DNA of 64,000 nucleotides from a virus. A program made the position numbers and the translations under genes. The notes beneath the pieces are model-generated. The model saw only the letters and a program-made list of their open reading frames with translations. It searched no databases and was not told the origin of the DNA. This document shows, piece after piece, positions 15,000 to 23,449 of the stretch (position 1 is its first letter; the number at the start of each line of letters is the position of its first letter). The DNA lies in IMG/VR virus record IMGVR_UViG_3300045988_129382, positions 32,001-96,000 of that record; one strand, 5' to 3'.

Positions 15000-15878
15000 A
15001 TGGCTGATGAGTATGGTAAAGATTGGCGATATCAGTTAGAGAGACAGCATAGTGTAAATAATCCTATTATTGTCAATGAAGATATTGAGTTACAGAGGAG
15101 AATGTTTTGGGAATCAGCGTTACATACAGGTATTACAGTAGATTTCTATAATTGTAAATATGAGAAACAGGATTTCAATCAAGATTTAAATTTAATGTGG
15201 GATGACGCCATTCGTTTACCTGTTATATTTGATGATGCTCCTAAAGTTAAAGTACTTAAAAATTTGGGTTGGTATACTGAAGATGATGAGCGACCTGAAT
15301 TAGTATATTTACCAATGTATAAGGATTGGATGACAAAAGAGTTACTTGATGTCAAAGAGAACTCTATTATACGATTATATTATTTTGGTGGTATATCTAC
15401 TGCTGATTTTAGGGTTACAGATAAGAAGATGGATAGTGTGTATGGTGTGTATTGGGTGTGTAAGTTAGCACCTGAGCGTATGAATGATTTTACTATGATA
15501 GAATTAAATGGTGAGCATTTCTTAAAACGTAGTGAGGTTAGACCTAGACATACTGAATATATGAGTAAACAGTTAGAGGATGGTTATAGTTCTGACTATA
15601 ATACATCTGCTGATTATAGAACCTATGAACATGATTCCTATGTAAATCAAATAGTAGATAATGATGATAGCAATGGTTCATCAGATAATTTAAACTTCTC
15701 AGATACAGAAAGTAATAATGTGGGATATACAGAGTCTGAAGATAATATGTCTACAACTTTTGAGTCTGTGGATGGGAAAAAGTATATAGATAACTTTGAT
15801 GTTATCGAAGATTATAAAATACCAAAGAAAGATAAAAAAGATAAAGATATTCGTGGTGGTAGATTTAATATAAATTGA
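15000..15878 (+). CDS. Hypothetical structural-module protein with an acidic low-complexity C-terminus
   Basis: 292-codon ORF. The C-terminal D/S/N/E-rich tail is followed by KKDKKDKDIRGG. Function is inferred from position only. Confidence 0.55.
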   Translation: MADEYGKDWRYQLERQHSVNNPIIVNEDIELQRRMFWESALHTGITVDFYNCKYEKQDFNQDLNLMWDDAIRLPVIFDDAPKVKVLKNLGWYTEDDERPELVYLPMYKDWMTKELLDVKENSIIRLYYFGGISTADFRVTDKKMDSVYGVYWVCKLAPERMNDFTMIELNGEHFLKRSEVRPRHTEYMSKQLEDGYSSDYNTSADYRTYEHDSYVNQIVDNDDSNGSSDNLNFSDTESNNVGYTESEDNMSTTFESVDGKKYIDNFDVIEDYKIPKKDKKDKDIRGGRFNIN

Positions 15879-15893
15879 GGTTTATAGTGTAGA

Positions 15894-16808
15894 ATGAGAT
15901 ATAGTAGTGATTTGATTGTAGAATCTTTACGTGGTCAGTTAATTGATAGCAATATCAATGAAGCAAAAGTTGTTACATTCGATGGTAAAGTCAATCCTAA
16001 CTTTGGTCATGCAGTTATTATGGCTGGCGGAGCAGGTTCAGGGAAGGGTTTTGCTTTAAAAAACATAATTATGTTGCAAGGAAAGACATTTGATGTTGAT
16101 GAATTAAAACAGTTGTATGTTAAGGGTGCTAAAAGTGGTGTCTTTGACGATGAACGTAATGGTGATTACAACTTTAAAAACCCTGAAGATGTTTCTTTAC
16201 TACATCAAAAAGTTAAAGATTTAAAACTTAAAGATAAAAGAGAGGAAGCTTTCTTTAAATCTATTATGGCTGATAAGTTACCTAATATCATTTTTGATAT
16301 TACAGGTGATGAGGAGTCTAAGATTACTAATATTGCTAAAATGTGTAAGACTATTGGTTATAAAGTTTCATTAGTGTGGGTAGTAGCTAATAGGGAAGAG
16401 GCTTTCATTAGGAATATGAAACGTGATAGGACTGTTCCTGATGAAGTATTCCATTCAACACATAATAATGTTAAAGCATCTGTATTTGGTTTCTTAGAAG
16501 GTCAAGGTGCTAAATTCTGTGATTCCGCATGGATTGTATTTAGTTCTGGTGCAGATGCTAAAGAATTATCTGCTGAAGAAAAGAAAGCATTAGAACAGAA
16601 TAGGGTAATTGCATTAGAGAAAAAAGGTTCTACATTTGTTGTACCAGATAAAGTATATCGTAAAGTTATGGTTGTTACTGGTAGGAATGAAGTTGACCCT
16701 AAAGCACCTAAGAACTATTTAAGTCAGGGTGATTTTAGGAAAGACTTTGATAAAAAAGTAGATGCTGTTCGTGGTGGTTCTATGACAGTAAGGAAACGTA
16801 AATTCTAA
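15894..16808 (+). CDS. P-loop NMP-kinase-like protein
   Basis: VIMAGGAGSGKGF resembles the adenylate/NMP-kinase loop GxxGxGKG. It is followed by the hydrophobic-D stretch NIIFDITGD and a basic lid-like NMKRDRTVPDEV. Confidence 0.5.
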   Translation: MRYSSDLIVESLRGQLIDSNINEAKVVTFDGKVNPNFGHAVIMAGGAGSGKGFALKNIIMLQGKTFDVDELKQLYVKGAKSGVFDDERNGDYNFKNPEDVSLLHQKVKDLKLKDKREEAFFKSIMADKLPNIIFDITGDEESKITNIAKMCKTIGYKVSLVWVVANREEAFIRNMKRDRTVPDEVFHSTHNNVKASVFGFLEGQGAKFCDSAWIVFSSGADAKELSAEEKKALEQNRVIALEKKGSTFVVPDKVYRKVMVVTGRNEVDPKAPKNYLSQGDFRKDFDKKVDAVRGGSMTVRKRKF

Positions 16809-16820
16809 TAGGAGTATCAT

Positions 16821-17441
16821 ATGAAGATACTACGTAGTGTTGTTGAGATGGAACATATAGATGGGATTTATATCACTGTTTCACAGCATATGTTTAAGTT
16901 AGGTTCTAAGCGTATACAAAAGGAGTTAGGAAGTCTTTATTACAAAGACTTCCTAATCTTTATGGCTGTAACATTAGCTAAAGAGTTTGAACGTGCTATT
17001 GATACACAAAGGTATAAAGGTACTAAGTGGGCGCCGTTATCTGTATCATACTTAACATATAAAAAGCGTATGGGTTTCTCTTTGAATACATGGGAAGCCA
17101 CTGGGTATCTTAAAAATAATATTACTATATTCAAGAAGTTCAATAACTTTATTGCTGTAGGATTTCAACAGAAACAAGTATATCCTAATAGTGGGGTTCA
17201 AGTTAATATTATTGCAAGATATGTAGAATATGGTACAAATAGAAATACTATTAATGGTAAGAAGACAATGCCAGCACGTCCGTTGTTTAGACCTATAGCA
17301 AGTTATATTTCAAAACATATATCTAGGTATTATAAGATGTATTTAAAAGAGTTAGATAAGATTAAAAATAGTAGAGTTCCTTATTTGTACCTTAGAAATA
17401 AGTCTGTTATTAAATCTTCTAAAGGTAGGAATAGGAGGTAG
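16821..17441 (+). CDS. HK97 gp10-like head-tail/tail completion protein
   Basis: YVEYGT......MPARPLFRP matches the conserved core of the HK97 gp10 family, and the gene lies upstream of the sheath gene. Confidence 0.55.
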   Translation: MKILRSVVEMEHIDGIYITVSQHMFKLGSKRIQKELGSLYYKDFLIFMAVTLAKEFERAIDTQRYKGTKWAPLSVSYLTYKKRMGFSLNTWEATGYLKNNITIFKKFNNFIAVGFQQKQVYPNSGVQVNIIARYVEYGTNRNTINGKKTMPARPLFRPIASYISKHISRYYKMYLKELDKIKNSRVPYLYLRNKSVIKSSKGRNRR

Positions 17442-17453
17442 TGGGTGTAGTGT

Positions 17454-18218
17454 ATGCATAGTCCTTTATATCAATATGATTTAGCTATGTACGATAGGGT
17501 ACATAGTCTATATGATGAGGTATTTTTTGCTGATGTAGATGAGCAATTCATTACTAATGCAAGAGAGCATCAAGGGAAGGTAGTCATGCCATTTATTGGT
17601 ATTAGTCGGTTACCTGATTTCTCTGTTAATTATGAATTCTATAATGATAGTCAAGTTAGAAGAGGTTGGACTAATCAGAAAGCTAGAAATGAAGATGGTG
17701 TAGAATTTAGAGATAAGCGTGTTATGGTACATTCACTTCCAGTTATGTTGCAGTATCAGATAGATGTATATGCTACTAAACGTGATGTGTGTGATGGTAT
17801 CATTTCTGAGTTATTGATGGAGTTTTCTGAAAGACCATATCTTAGGGTTCAGTTTATGGACATTGGCGACCATGTACAGGAGTTTCAATTAGCACTAGAA
17901 GATGGTGTTAGTGATAATACTGATGTGAGTGGTTTTGCTGAGACAAATCGGTTTTATAGAAAGTCTATAACAATTAACATTGACCATGCATATATCTATC
18001 GTGTAGATAAAGCATTAGAAGTTGATAAAATCATTATAGACATTCATGATTTACCTTTAGATGATAGTGATTTAAATAAAATTAAACCTAAAAATGGTAA
18101 AAACAACTCAGATGGGTTTGATTTTAATACTGATGGTATAAGTCCTGGTGTTAGAACTAGAGATGAGTTAAATCTTGCTAATGACGAGTCATCAGATGGG
18201 TATCATAAAATTAAATAG
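17454..18218 (+). CDS. Hypothetical neck/tail protein
   Basis: 254-codon ORF with a strong AGGAGG SD, located immediately before the sheath transcription unit. Confidence 0.55.
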   Translation: MHSPLYQYDLAMYDRVHSLYDEVFFADVDEQFITNAREHQGKVVMPFIGISRLPDFSVNYEFYNDSQVRRGWTNQKARNEDGVEFRDKRVMVHSLPVMLQYQIDVYATKRDVCDGIISELLMEFSERPYLRVQFMDIGDHVQEFQLALEDGVSDNTDVSGFAETNRFYRKSITINIDHAYIYRVDKALEVDKIIIDIHDLPLDDSDLNKIKPKNGKNNSDGFDFNTDGISPGVRTRDELNLANDESSDGYHKIK

Positions 18219-18226
18219 ATATAGTT

Positions 18227-18260
18227 AGAACGTATTCATATATTTGGATACGTTCTTTTA
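18227..18260 (+). terminator. Intrinsic terminator
   Basis: AGAACGTAT pairs with ATACGTTCT (9-bp stem, 12-nt loop), followed by TTTT. Confidence 0.7.
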
Positions 18261-18392
18261 TATATAGGTTTTGAAAACATTAAAAACAATAAATATCTGT
18301 GTATACTAAGGAAAAGATTTATATGTACAAAAGATGGGTAAAGTGAATAACTTATATTATAATATAAATTATCCGTTTTTGAGGGGGATATA

Positions 18393-20177
18393 ATGGCTAC
18401 ACTAACAATGTTAAGTCCTGGTGTATACATGAATGAGGTTGACAAAAGTCAATATACTACAGACTCCTCTACTTGTATTATTGGTATGGTGGGTGGTGCT
18501 AGGTTCGGTCCAGTTGGTGTTCCTACACTTATCTCTTCACAACAAGAGTTGATTAAAACTTTTGGTGAGCCTGTTGAGGGTGAGTATGGTTTGTATAGTG
18601 CATTAATGGCACTAACACATGCCAGTCAAGTTATCTATACACGTGTTGTACGTGGTGGTACTAAAGCTACATCAGGTAAAATCGGTACTGATAAAGTTCT
18701 TTATCGTTCTGCTGTAATTGGTGAGGCTAGTAATGGTCTTAAAATCATTCAGTCTGCTTTGACTGGTGGTAAATTCAGTGTGACTATTAAAGATGCACAG
18801 GATGTAGAGAAAGAAAAGTTTGAAGATTTAACTTTGACTTCCTCAGAAGAAAACTTTGTAGAAGCTGTAATTAATGCTAAATCAAAATTGATTCGTGTTG
18901 AGTTACAATCTACAGGTGATGTATCTGCAAAAGAGTTTGTGTTGGGAGATGCTGTAAAAGGCGGAAACACTGGTTCTAATGCACATGCCGGTAAAAAGGG
19001 TACAAATAAAGTACTCTTAGAGTCAAAATACTTTGATTCTAAATTAAATGGGTGTTCTGCTATTTTCAGTGCTATTGATGAGTTTACTCAAACATTTAAT
19101 GTAAGCATTGTTGATGAAAATGGTAATGTTGTTGAGCAATTCAGTACATTATCTTTAGACCCTAAATCTCCACGATTTGTTGAGACTATTATTAATAATG
19201 GCTCTATTCGTGTTAATGCTAAAGTAGATACAGATACATCTGTTAACTATACTGAAGATACATTAATCTTTAGTGGTGGTGATGATGGTATCTTAGGCAT
19301 TACTGCTAGTGACATCATTGGTGATGTTTCTGGTGGTGGTTTACAAAGTTTCTCTAACCCAGAAACAGTTACTATCGATGTATTAACTGCTAGTGGTTGG
19401 AGTGATGCTAGTGTTATTAAGGCTGGTTTACATATTGTTGAAAACCGTGCTGATTCTATCTTTATCGTAGACCCACCATTCGGTATGGGTGTACAGGAGA
19501 TGGTTAATTGGTCAAATGGTAAGGGTTCATATACTAATCAAAATGGTCTTGATACTTCTTATGGTGCATTGTATTGGCCGTGGTTACAAATTAGCGATAG
19601 TTTCACTAATAAAAACATTTGGCTACCACCTAGTGGTTTCGTAGCTGGTCAGTATGCATATAATGATAAGGTAGGTTTCCCTTGGTTAGCACCTGCTGGC
19701 TTGAATCGTGGTAGGATTACTAAAGCTATTAATACAGAGTATTCACCTACACAAGGTGAACGTGATGCTTTGTATGGTCATAGGAATGTTGTAAACTGTA
19801 TCACAAACTTTATCGGTCAAGGTATTGTTATCTGGGGTAACAAAACACTTCAACGTCAACCAACTGCATTGGACAGGGTTAATGTTCGTAGGTTAATGAG
19901 TTTCTTAGAACGCAGCATTGCTATGAAGTCTAGGTACTTTGTATTCGAGCAAAACTATGATGCTACTTGGGAGCGTTGGAAAACTCTTATCGAGCCAGTT
20001 TTGATTAATGCTAAAAATAATGGTGGTTTATATGATTATAAAATTGTGTTGGAAGCTACAGCACAAGATTATGAAAACAACCGTATGCCTATCAGTATTT
20101 ACGTTAAACCAATTAAAGCCGCTGAGTTCATTAGTTTGACTTTCAACATAATGAATTATAGTGCTAGTTTTAACTAA
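18393..20177 (+). CDS. Contractile tail sheath protein
   Basis: The N-terminal LSPGVYMNEVD.S signature, the 594-aa size, the C-terminal sheath-like region (NRGRI...RDALY..NVN....F.GQGIVIWG.KTL) and the tube gene immediately downstream all fit a sheath protein. Confidence 0.9.
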   Translation: MATLTMLSPGVYMNEVDKSQYTTDSSTCIIGMVGGARFGPVGVPTLISSQQELIKTFGEPVEGEYGLYSALMALTHASQVIYTRVVRGGTKATSGKIGTDKVLYRSAVIGEASNGLKIIQSALTGGKFSVTIKDAQDVEKEKFEDLTLTSSEENFVEAVINAKSKLIRVELQSTGDVSAKEFVLGDAVKGGNTGSNAHAGKKGTNKVLLESKYFDSKLNGCSAIFSAIDEFTQTFNVSIVDENGNVVEQFSTLSLDPKSPRFVETIINNGSIRVNAKVDTDTSVNYTEDTLIFSGGDDGILGITASDIIGDVSGGGLQSFSNPETVTIDVLTASGWSDASVIKAGLHIVENRADSIFIVDPPFGMGVQEMVNWSNGKGSYTNQNGLDTSYGALYWPWLQISDSFTNKNIWLPPSGFVAGQYAYNDKVGFPWLAPAGLNRGRITKAINTEYSPTQGERDALYGHRNVVNCITNFIGQGIVIWGNKTLQRQPTALDRVNVRRLMSFLERSIAMKSRYFVFEQNYDATWERWKTLIEPVLINAKNNGGLYDYKIVLEATAQDYENNRMPISIYVKPIKAAEFISLTFNIMNYSASFN

Positions 20178-20192
20178 TAAGGGGGATATGAT

Positions 20193-20753
20193 ATGAGTCA
20201 ATTAAATGCCGCTTTCATGTCCATGGACTCAACATATGAGGTTCAACGTACCAATAACTTTAGGTTTATTGTAGATTTAAGTGAGTTCTCTAATAATACA
20301 TCATCTTCAAGTGGTGATATTATTGAGTTGGCTTGTGATAGCACAGGTCTACCTACTGTATCTAATGACCCTATTGAGTTGGATTATGGTAACTCACAAA
20401 TCAAGGTAGCTGGTAAAGCAACTACTGATGATATTACAGTTGCTGTAAAAGACTTTATCGAACCTGACGTAGAGAATATTCTATGGCAATGGAGGATGAA
20501 AGTTTATAATCCTAAGACTGGTAAAGTTGGTTGGGCGAATAACTATAAACGTACATGTATGATTGTTCAATATGGTCCGAATGGTGAAGTATTGAGGAAA
20601 TGGCAATGTGATGGTTGTTGGCCGACTAGTTTAGACTTAGGTGAATTAGACTACTCTAGTGGTGATAAGAAACAAATTAGTATGAACTTGTCTGTAGATA
20701 CTGCATATCTTGTACGTGATGGACAAAATACGCATATTTATGGTACAGACTAA
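20193..20753 (+). CDS. Tail tube protein (T4 gp19/contractile-injection tube fold)
   Basis: The gene lies directly after the sheath gene. NNFRFIVDL...GLPTVS...ILWQWRMKVYNP...W.C.GCWPTSLDLGELDYSS follows the gp19-like tube pattern. Confidence 0.8.
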   Translation: MSQLNAAFMSMDSTYEVQRTNNFRFIVDLSEFSNNTSSSSGDIIELACDSTGLPTVSNDPIELDYGNSQIKVAGKATTDDITVAVKDFIEPDVENILWQWRMKVYNPKTGKVGWANNYKRTCMIVQYGPNGEVLRKWQCDGCWPTSLDLGELDYSSGDKKQISMNLSVDTAYLVRDGQNTHIYGTD

Positions 20754-20767
20754 TTTAGTTAGTTTTA

Positions 20768-20798
20768 TAGGACGTAGTGTATGCTACGTCCTATTTTT
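20768..20798 (+). terminator. Intrinsic terminator after the tube gene
   Basis: TAGGACGTAG pairs with CTACGTCCTA (10-bp stem, 6-nt loop), followed by TTTTT. Confidence 0.85.
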
Positions 20799-20808
20799 GT
20801 GTTATAAT
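20798..20808 (+). promoter_or_regulatory. Extended -10 promoter element TGTGtTATAAT fused to the terminator T-run
   Basis: Exact match to TRTGnTATAAT. The same CTATTTTTGTGTTA junction recurs at 22108 and 33079. Confidence 0.5.
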
Positions 20809-20887
20809 GTTTGTGTGTGGTTTCATACTTATCTTTATGTGTTCTCATATTAAGGAGTTTATGAGGTTAAGGTGGATTCATTGGTTA

Positions 20888-20916
20888 TTGACATAATTAA
20901 TTACATGTACTATAAT
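20888..20916 (+). promoter_or_regulatory. Perfect consensus promoter TTGACA-17-TATAAT
   Basis: TTGACA at 20888-20893, exactly 17 nt of spacer, TATAAT at 20911-20916. Confidence 0.7.
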
Positions 20917-20921
20917 TAATT

Positions 20922-20985
20922 ATGTTGATTAACAGCCATGGTCAATTAAAAAAGCTGACATCAGAATATGGTGTTAGCTTTTTTA
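20922..20985 (+). ncRNA. Candidate short transcript (~60 nt) from the consensus promoter to a terminator
   Basis: The predicted start lies 6-7 nt after the -10. Hairpin AAAGCTGACA/TGTTAGCTTT (20951-20981) is followed by a T-run. An ATG sits at the predicted start, so a leaderless 58-codon ORF (20922-21098) is an alternative. Confidence 0.3.
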
Positions 20986-21023
20986 ATTTATATACAATTT
21001 GGGGATGGTTTTTCTATCTGGGG

Positions 21024-21052
21024 TTTACATATTGTTTTTCTTGTGGTATATT
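21024..21052 (+). promoter_or_regulatory. Promoter TTTACA-17-TATATT with a TGTGg extension
   Basis: TTTACA at 21024-21029, a 17-nt spacer ending in TGTGG, TATATT at 21047-21052. Confidence 0.6.
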
Positions 21053-21058
21053 GTATGT

Positions 21059-21305
21059 AGTAGATGAGAGTGGTTACTCATCTATTATATGTAGGTGATT
21101 GCGTTACATCTACATATACCTCCCTTTTTACTGTTACGTTTGTTTATTTCCTTTCGTAGCGTAACAGTAAATTTACATATTGTCTTTCTTATTGGAAAAA
21201 TTAGGTTTTTCATGATAAGTATGCTTTGTTGCATATATTTTTCTCCGTTAGAGTGTTACATTGATTACTTCGGCTCTTATCAATGTAACACTCTTTTTCT
21301 TTTTG
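21059..21305 (+). ncRNA. Candidate ~245-nt structured sRNA
   Basis: Promoter at 21024. Perfect hairpins at 21061-21084 (8 bp), 21086-21118 (9 bp) and 21129-21169 (10 bp). Exposed ACCTCCCTTTTT at 21118-21129. A 16-bp terminator stem follows. There is no SD-preceded ORF. Confidence 0.45.
21250..21305 (+). terminator. Very strong intrinsic terminator
   Basis: AGAGTGTTACATTGAT (21250-21265) pairs with ATCAATGTAACACTCT (21279-21294) in a 16-bp perfect stem with a 13-nt loop, followed by TTTTTCTTTTT. Confidence 0.9.
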
Positions 21306-21584
21306 TATAGCAGTTTAATAAAAATTTAATTGTTTATATTAAGTTGTAGTGTTTTTGGTGATAGAGTTTTATATATAAGTTTCATGTGGTTGAGGTATTA
21401 TTCTTGTTGTTTATATCTTAACTTCATCTTATATACATAATCAGAGGGGTTTAGAGTAGATAGAATAGCATCACAATCTACTTTTACATTAGATGGTTAT
21501 ATGTAAATTTCACAGTACTTTTCGATAGAAATACTAAAGCTAGTTGCAGATAATCATGTTTTCATGTAGTAGAGGTGGTGTTTT

Positions 21585-22058
21585 ATGAATTTAATTGAGA
21601 TGTTATCTGTGTTGGGTATGAACATAAGTATAGGTGATGTTTCAATAGCAACATTACTTTTACTGACAATCATACAAATATCTCCTATTGAGTTCAATCC
21701 TTTATCTATTATATTGTCTATTATAGGTAGAGAATTGAATAAAGAAGTAATTGATAGGGTTGAGAAATTGGAAAAGTTAGGGGAGTCTAACAGTAGGGGA
21801 ATAGACAAACTATCTTATGAGGTTTCTGAAACTAGGGCAATTAACGCAAGGTCTAGATTATTGGAATTTAATGATGATTTACTGCATAATGTAGCTAAAT
21901 CTAAGGAAAGTTTTGACCATATAATGACAGACATTACGTATTATGAGCATTTCTGTAGAAAGCATGCAGATTTTCATAATCATGTTTCAGATATGGCTAT
22001 TAAAAATATAGAGGACATATATCGTAAGCGATTGTCAAGGAATGATTTCTTAAAATAG
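21585..22058 (+). CDS. Membrane-anchored hypothetical protein (moron-like insert in the tail operon)
   Basis: SD GAGGTGG. The N-terminus is hydrophobic, followed by a helical C-terminal part (RSRLLEFNDDLL...YYEHFCRKHADFHNH). The gene has its own terminator. Confidence 0.6.
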   Translation: MNLIEMLSVLGMNISIGDVSIATLLLLTIIQISPIEFNPLSIILSIIGRELNKEVIDRVEKLEKLGESNSRGIDKLSYEVSETRAINARSRLLEFNDDLLHNVAKSKESFDHIMTDITYYEHFCRKHADFHNHVSDMAIKNIEDIYRKRLSRNDFLK

Positions 22059-22081
22059 ATTAATGGTTATATTGAATATAG

Positions 22082-22116
22082 TAGAGATAGTAATACTTTT
22101 TACTATCTCTATTTTT
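22082..22116 (+). terminator. Intrinsic terminator
   Basis: TAGAGATAGTA pairs with TACTATCTCTA (11-bp stem, 8-nt loop), followed by TTTTT. TGTGtTAATTA follows directly. Confidence 0.85.
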
Positions 22117-22212
22117 GTGTTAATTATTAAATTGTTATATAGTATATATACAGTTAGGTAGTTTCATTACAATTTAGATAGTTTTTTATTATACAAAAGA
22201 CGAGGTTTTAAA

Positions 22213-23160
22213 GTGGAAGATAATAAATTTAATTTAGGTGCAGATGTTTTTGGTGATACTACATCTGACGTTACATCTACTGTTGTAGAAAAAGATATTA
22301 CTTCATATTCTGTTGAAAGTATTCCTACAAAAGAAGAGGTCAAAGTGGAAGATACAAAGAAAGAAGATTTGATTGCTAAAGAATTAGATAGGGAAAATAC
22401 AGAGGCTGGCTCTAAGAAAACTAAGTTAGCTTATGAATCTACTGTATTGTTGCCATCTAAAGGCATTTTATATAAAGAGGATAATATCCCTGCTAATATT
22501 ACATTACGTGGTATGACTACAAAAGATGAGAAAATCATGTATGCTAGTCAGGGTGCTGATGTGTTTAAGAAGATTTTGAGGAACTGTATTGTTTCTCCTG
22601 AGAACATTGATATTAATCGTTTGATTAGTGCAGATGAGATGTTCTTAATCTTGCAATTACGTATGGTTACATTCGGTGATAAATATAAAGTGCGTTCTAC
22701 TTGTCCTCATTGTGGTTCTGTAGATGAGCATGAGATTAGCTTATCTGATTTTGATATTATGTATTTAGATGATAATTTCACAGAACCGATTAATGTTGAG
22801 TTGCCTGCTAGTGGTGATACTTTGTCATTACGTTTACTTAGAAATTCAGATACAGAATATGTAGAGAAATATGCACGTAGGTTCGCAAAACAGTTTAATC
22901 AAAACTATAAAGAAGTAATGTATATTTGTAGGATGGCAAAATACATTACAGCTATTAATGGCAAACCTGTTGATTTTGTAGATGCACGTAGTTATGTAGA
23001 GAATATGGTATCTTTGGATAGTGCTAAAATGCAGACAGTTATTAATAGTATTATTGTTGGTGTAGATACAATCGTAGACCATGAGTGTACTTCTTGTGGT
23101 GAGTTATATGATTTTGCTATGCCGATTACTAGCGAGTTCTTTCGTCCCACAATTAAGTGA
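22213..23160 (+). CDS. Putative tail assembly chaperone (G-like) with a 4-Cys zinc ribbon
   Basis: Its position between tube and tape measure fits a chaperone. The N-terminus is acidic. CPHCGS...CTSCGE form two Cys pairs. The 3' end overlaps an ORF in the +1 frame. Confidence 0.55.
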   Translation: MEDNKFNLGADVFGDTTSDVTSTVVEKDITSYSVESIPTKEEVKVEDTKKEDLIAKELDRENTEAGSKKTKLAYESTVLLPSKGILYKEDNIPANITLRGMTTKDEKIMYASQGADVFKKILRNCIVSPENIDINRLISADEMFLILQLRMVTFGDKYKVRSTCPHCGSVDEHEISLSDFDIMYLDDNFTEPINVELPASGDTLSLRLLRNSDTEYVEKYARRFAKQFNQNYKEVMYICRMAKYITAINGKPVDFVDARSYVENMVSLDSAKMQTVINSIIVGVDTIVDHECTSCGELYDFAMPITSEFFRPTIK

Positions 23161-23413
23161 GTTTAATTCAGACGAATATAATAAAAAGGCTAGAGATATA
23201 AGATTTACTGCTTTTCGTTCTTTGATGAAAGAGGAGTTTCAACTAGCATATTTTGGTAAGATATCATATGAATCTGTTGAAAATATGAGTTCTTTGGAGA
23301 GAAGGACAATGTATCAGATTCTAGTTGAACAGAAAAAAGAAGAGAAAAAAGCACAAGATGAGGCTATCAAATCCGCCAAAGAGAAAAAAGCTTCTAGGGG
23401 TAGGAGAAGATAG
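23081..23413 (+). CDS. Overlapping +1-frame ORF, probable frameshift extension of the chaperone (GT-like)
   Basis: The frame is open across the chaperone stop. There is no SD or start codon between 23160 and the first internal Met, whereas the 23081 ATG has no SD. The product is a basic K/E-rich tail, and the ORF ends 37 nt before the tape measure gene. Confidence 0.45.
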   Translation: MSVLLVVSYMILLCRLLASSFVPQLSEFNSDEYNKKARDIRFTAFRSLMKEEFQLAYFGKISYESVENMSSLERRTMYQILVEQKKEEKKAQDEAIKSAKEKKASRGRRR

Positions 23414-23449
23414 CCTCTTCTCTTTATATTTTAGTAAAAGGTTGTATAT

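Noticed and set aside
20861-20896. 11-codon ORF MRLRWIHWLLT preceded by AAGGAG.
   Set aside because: The SD-to-ATG spacing is only 3 nt, and the ORF overlaps the -35 of the consensus promoter. It is too short to support without translation data.
21095-21310. 71-codon plus-strand ORF (GTG start) in the tube-chaperone intergenic island.
   Set aside because: It has no SD. It runs through three perfect hairpins and the 16-bp terminator stem. Its F/L/I/C-rich translation is typical of T-rich non-coding DNA. I kept it only as an alternative explanation in the finding for this region.
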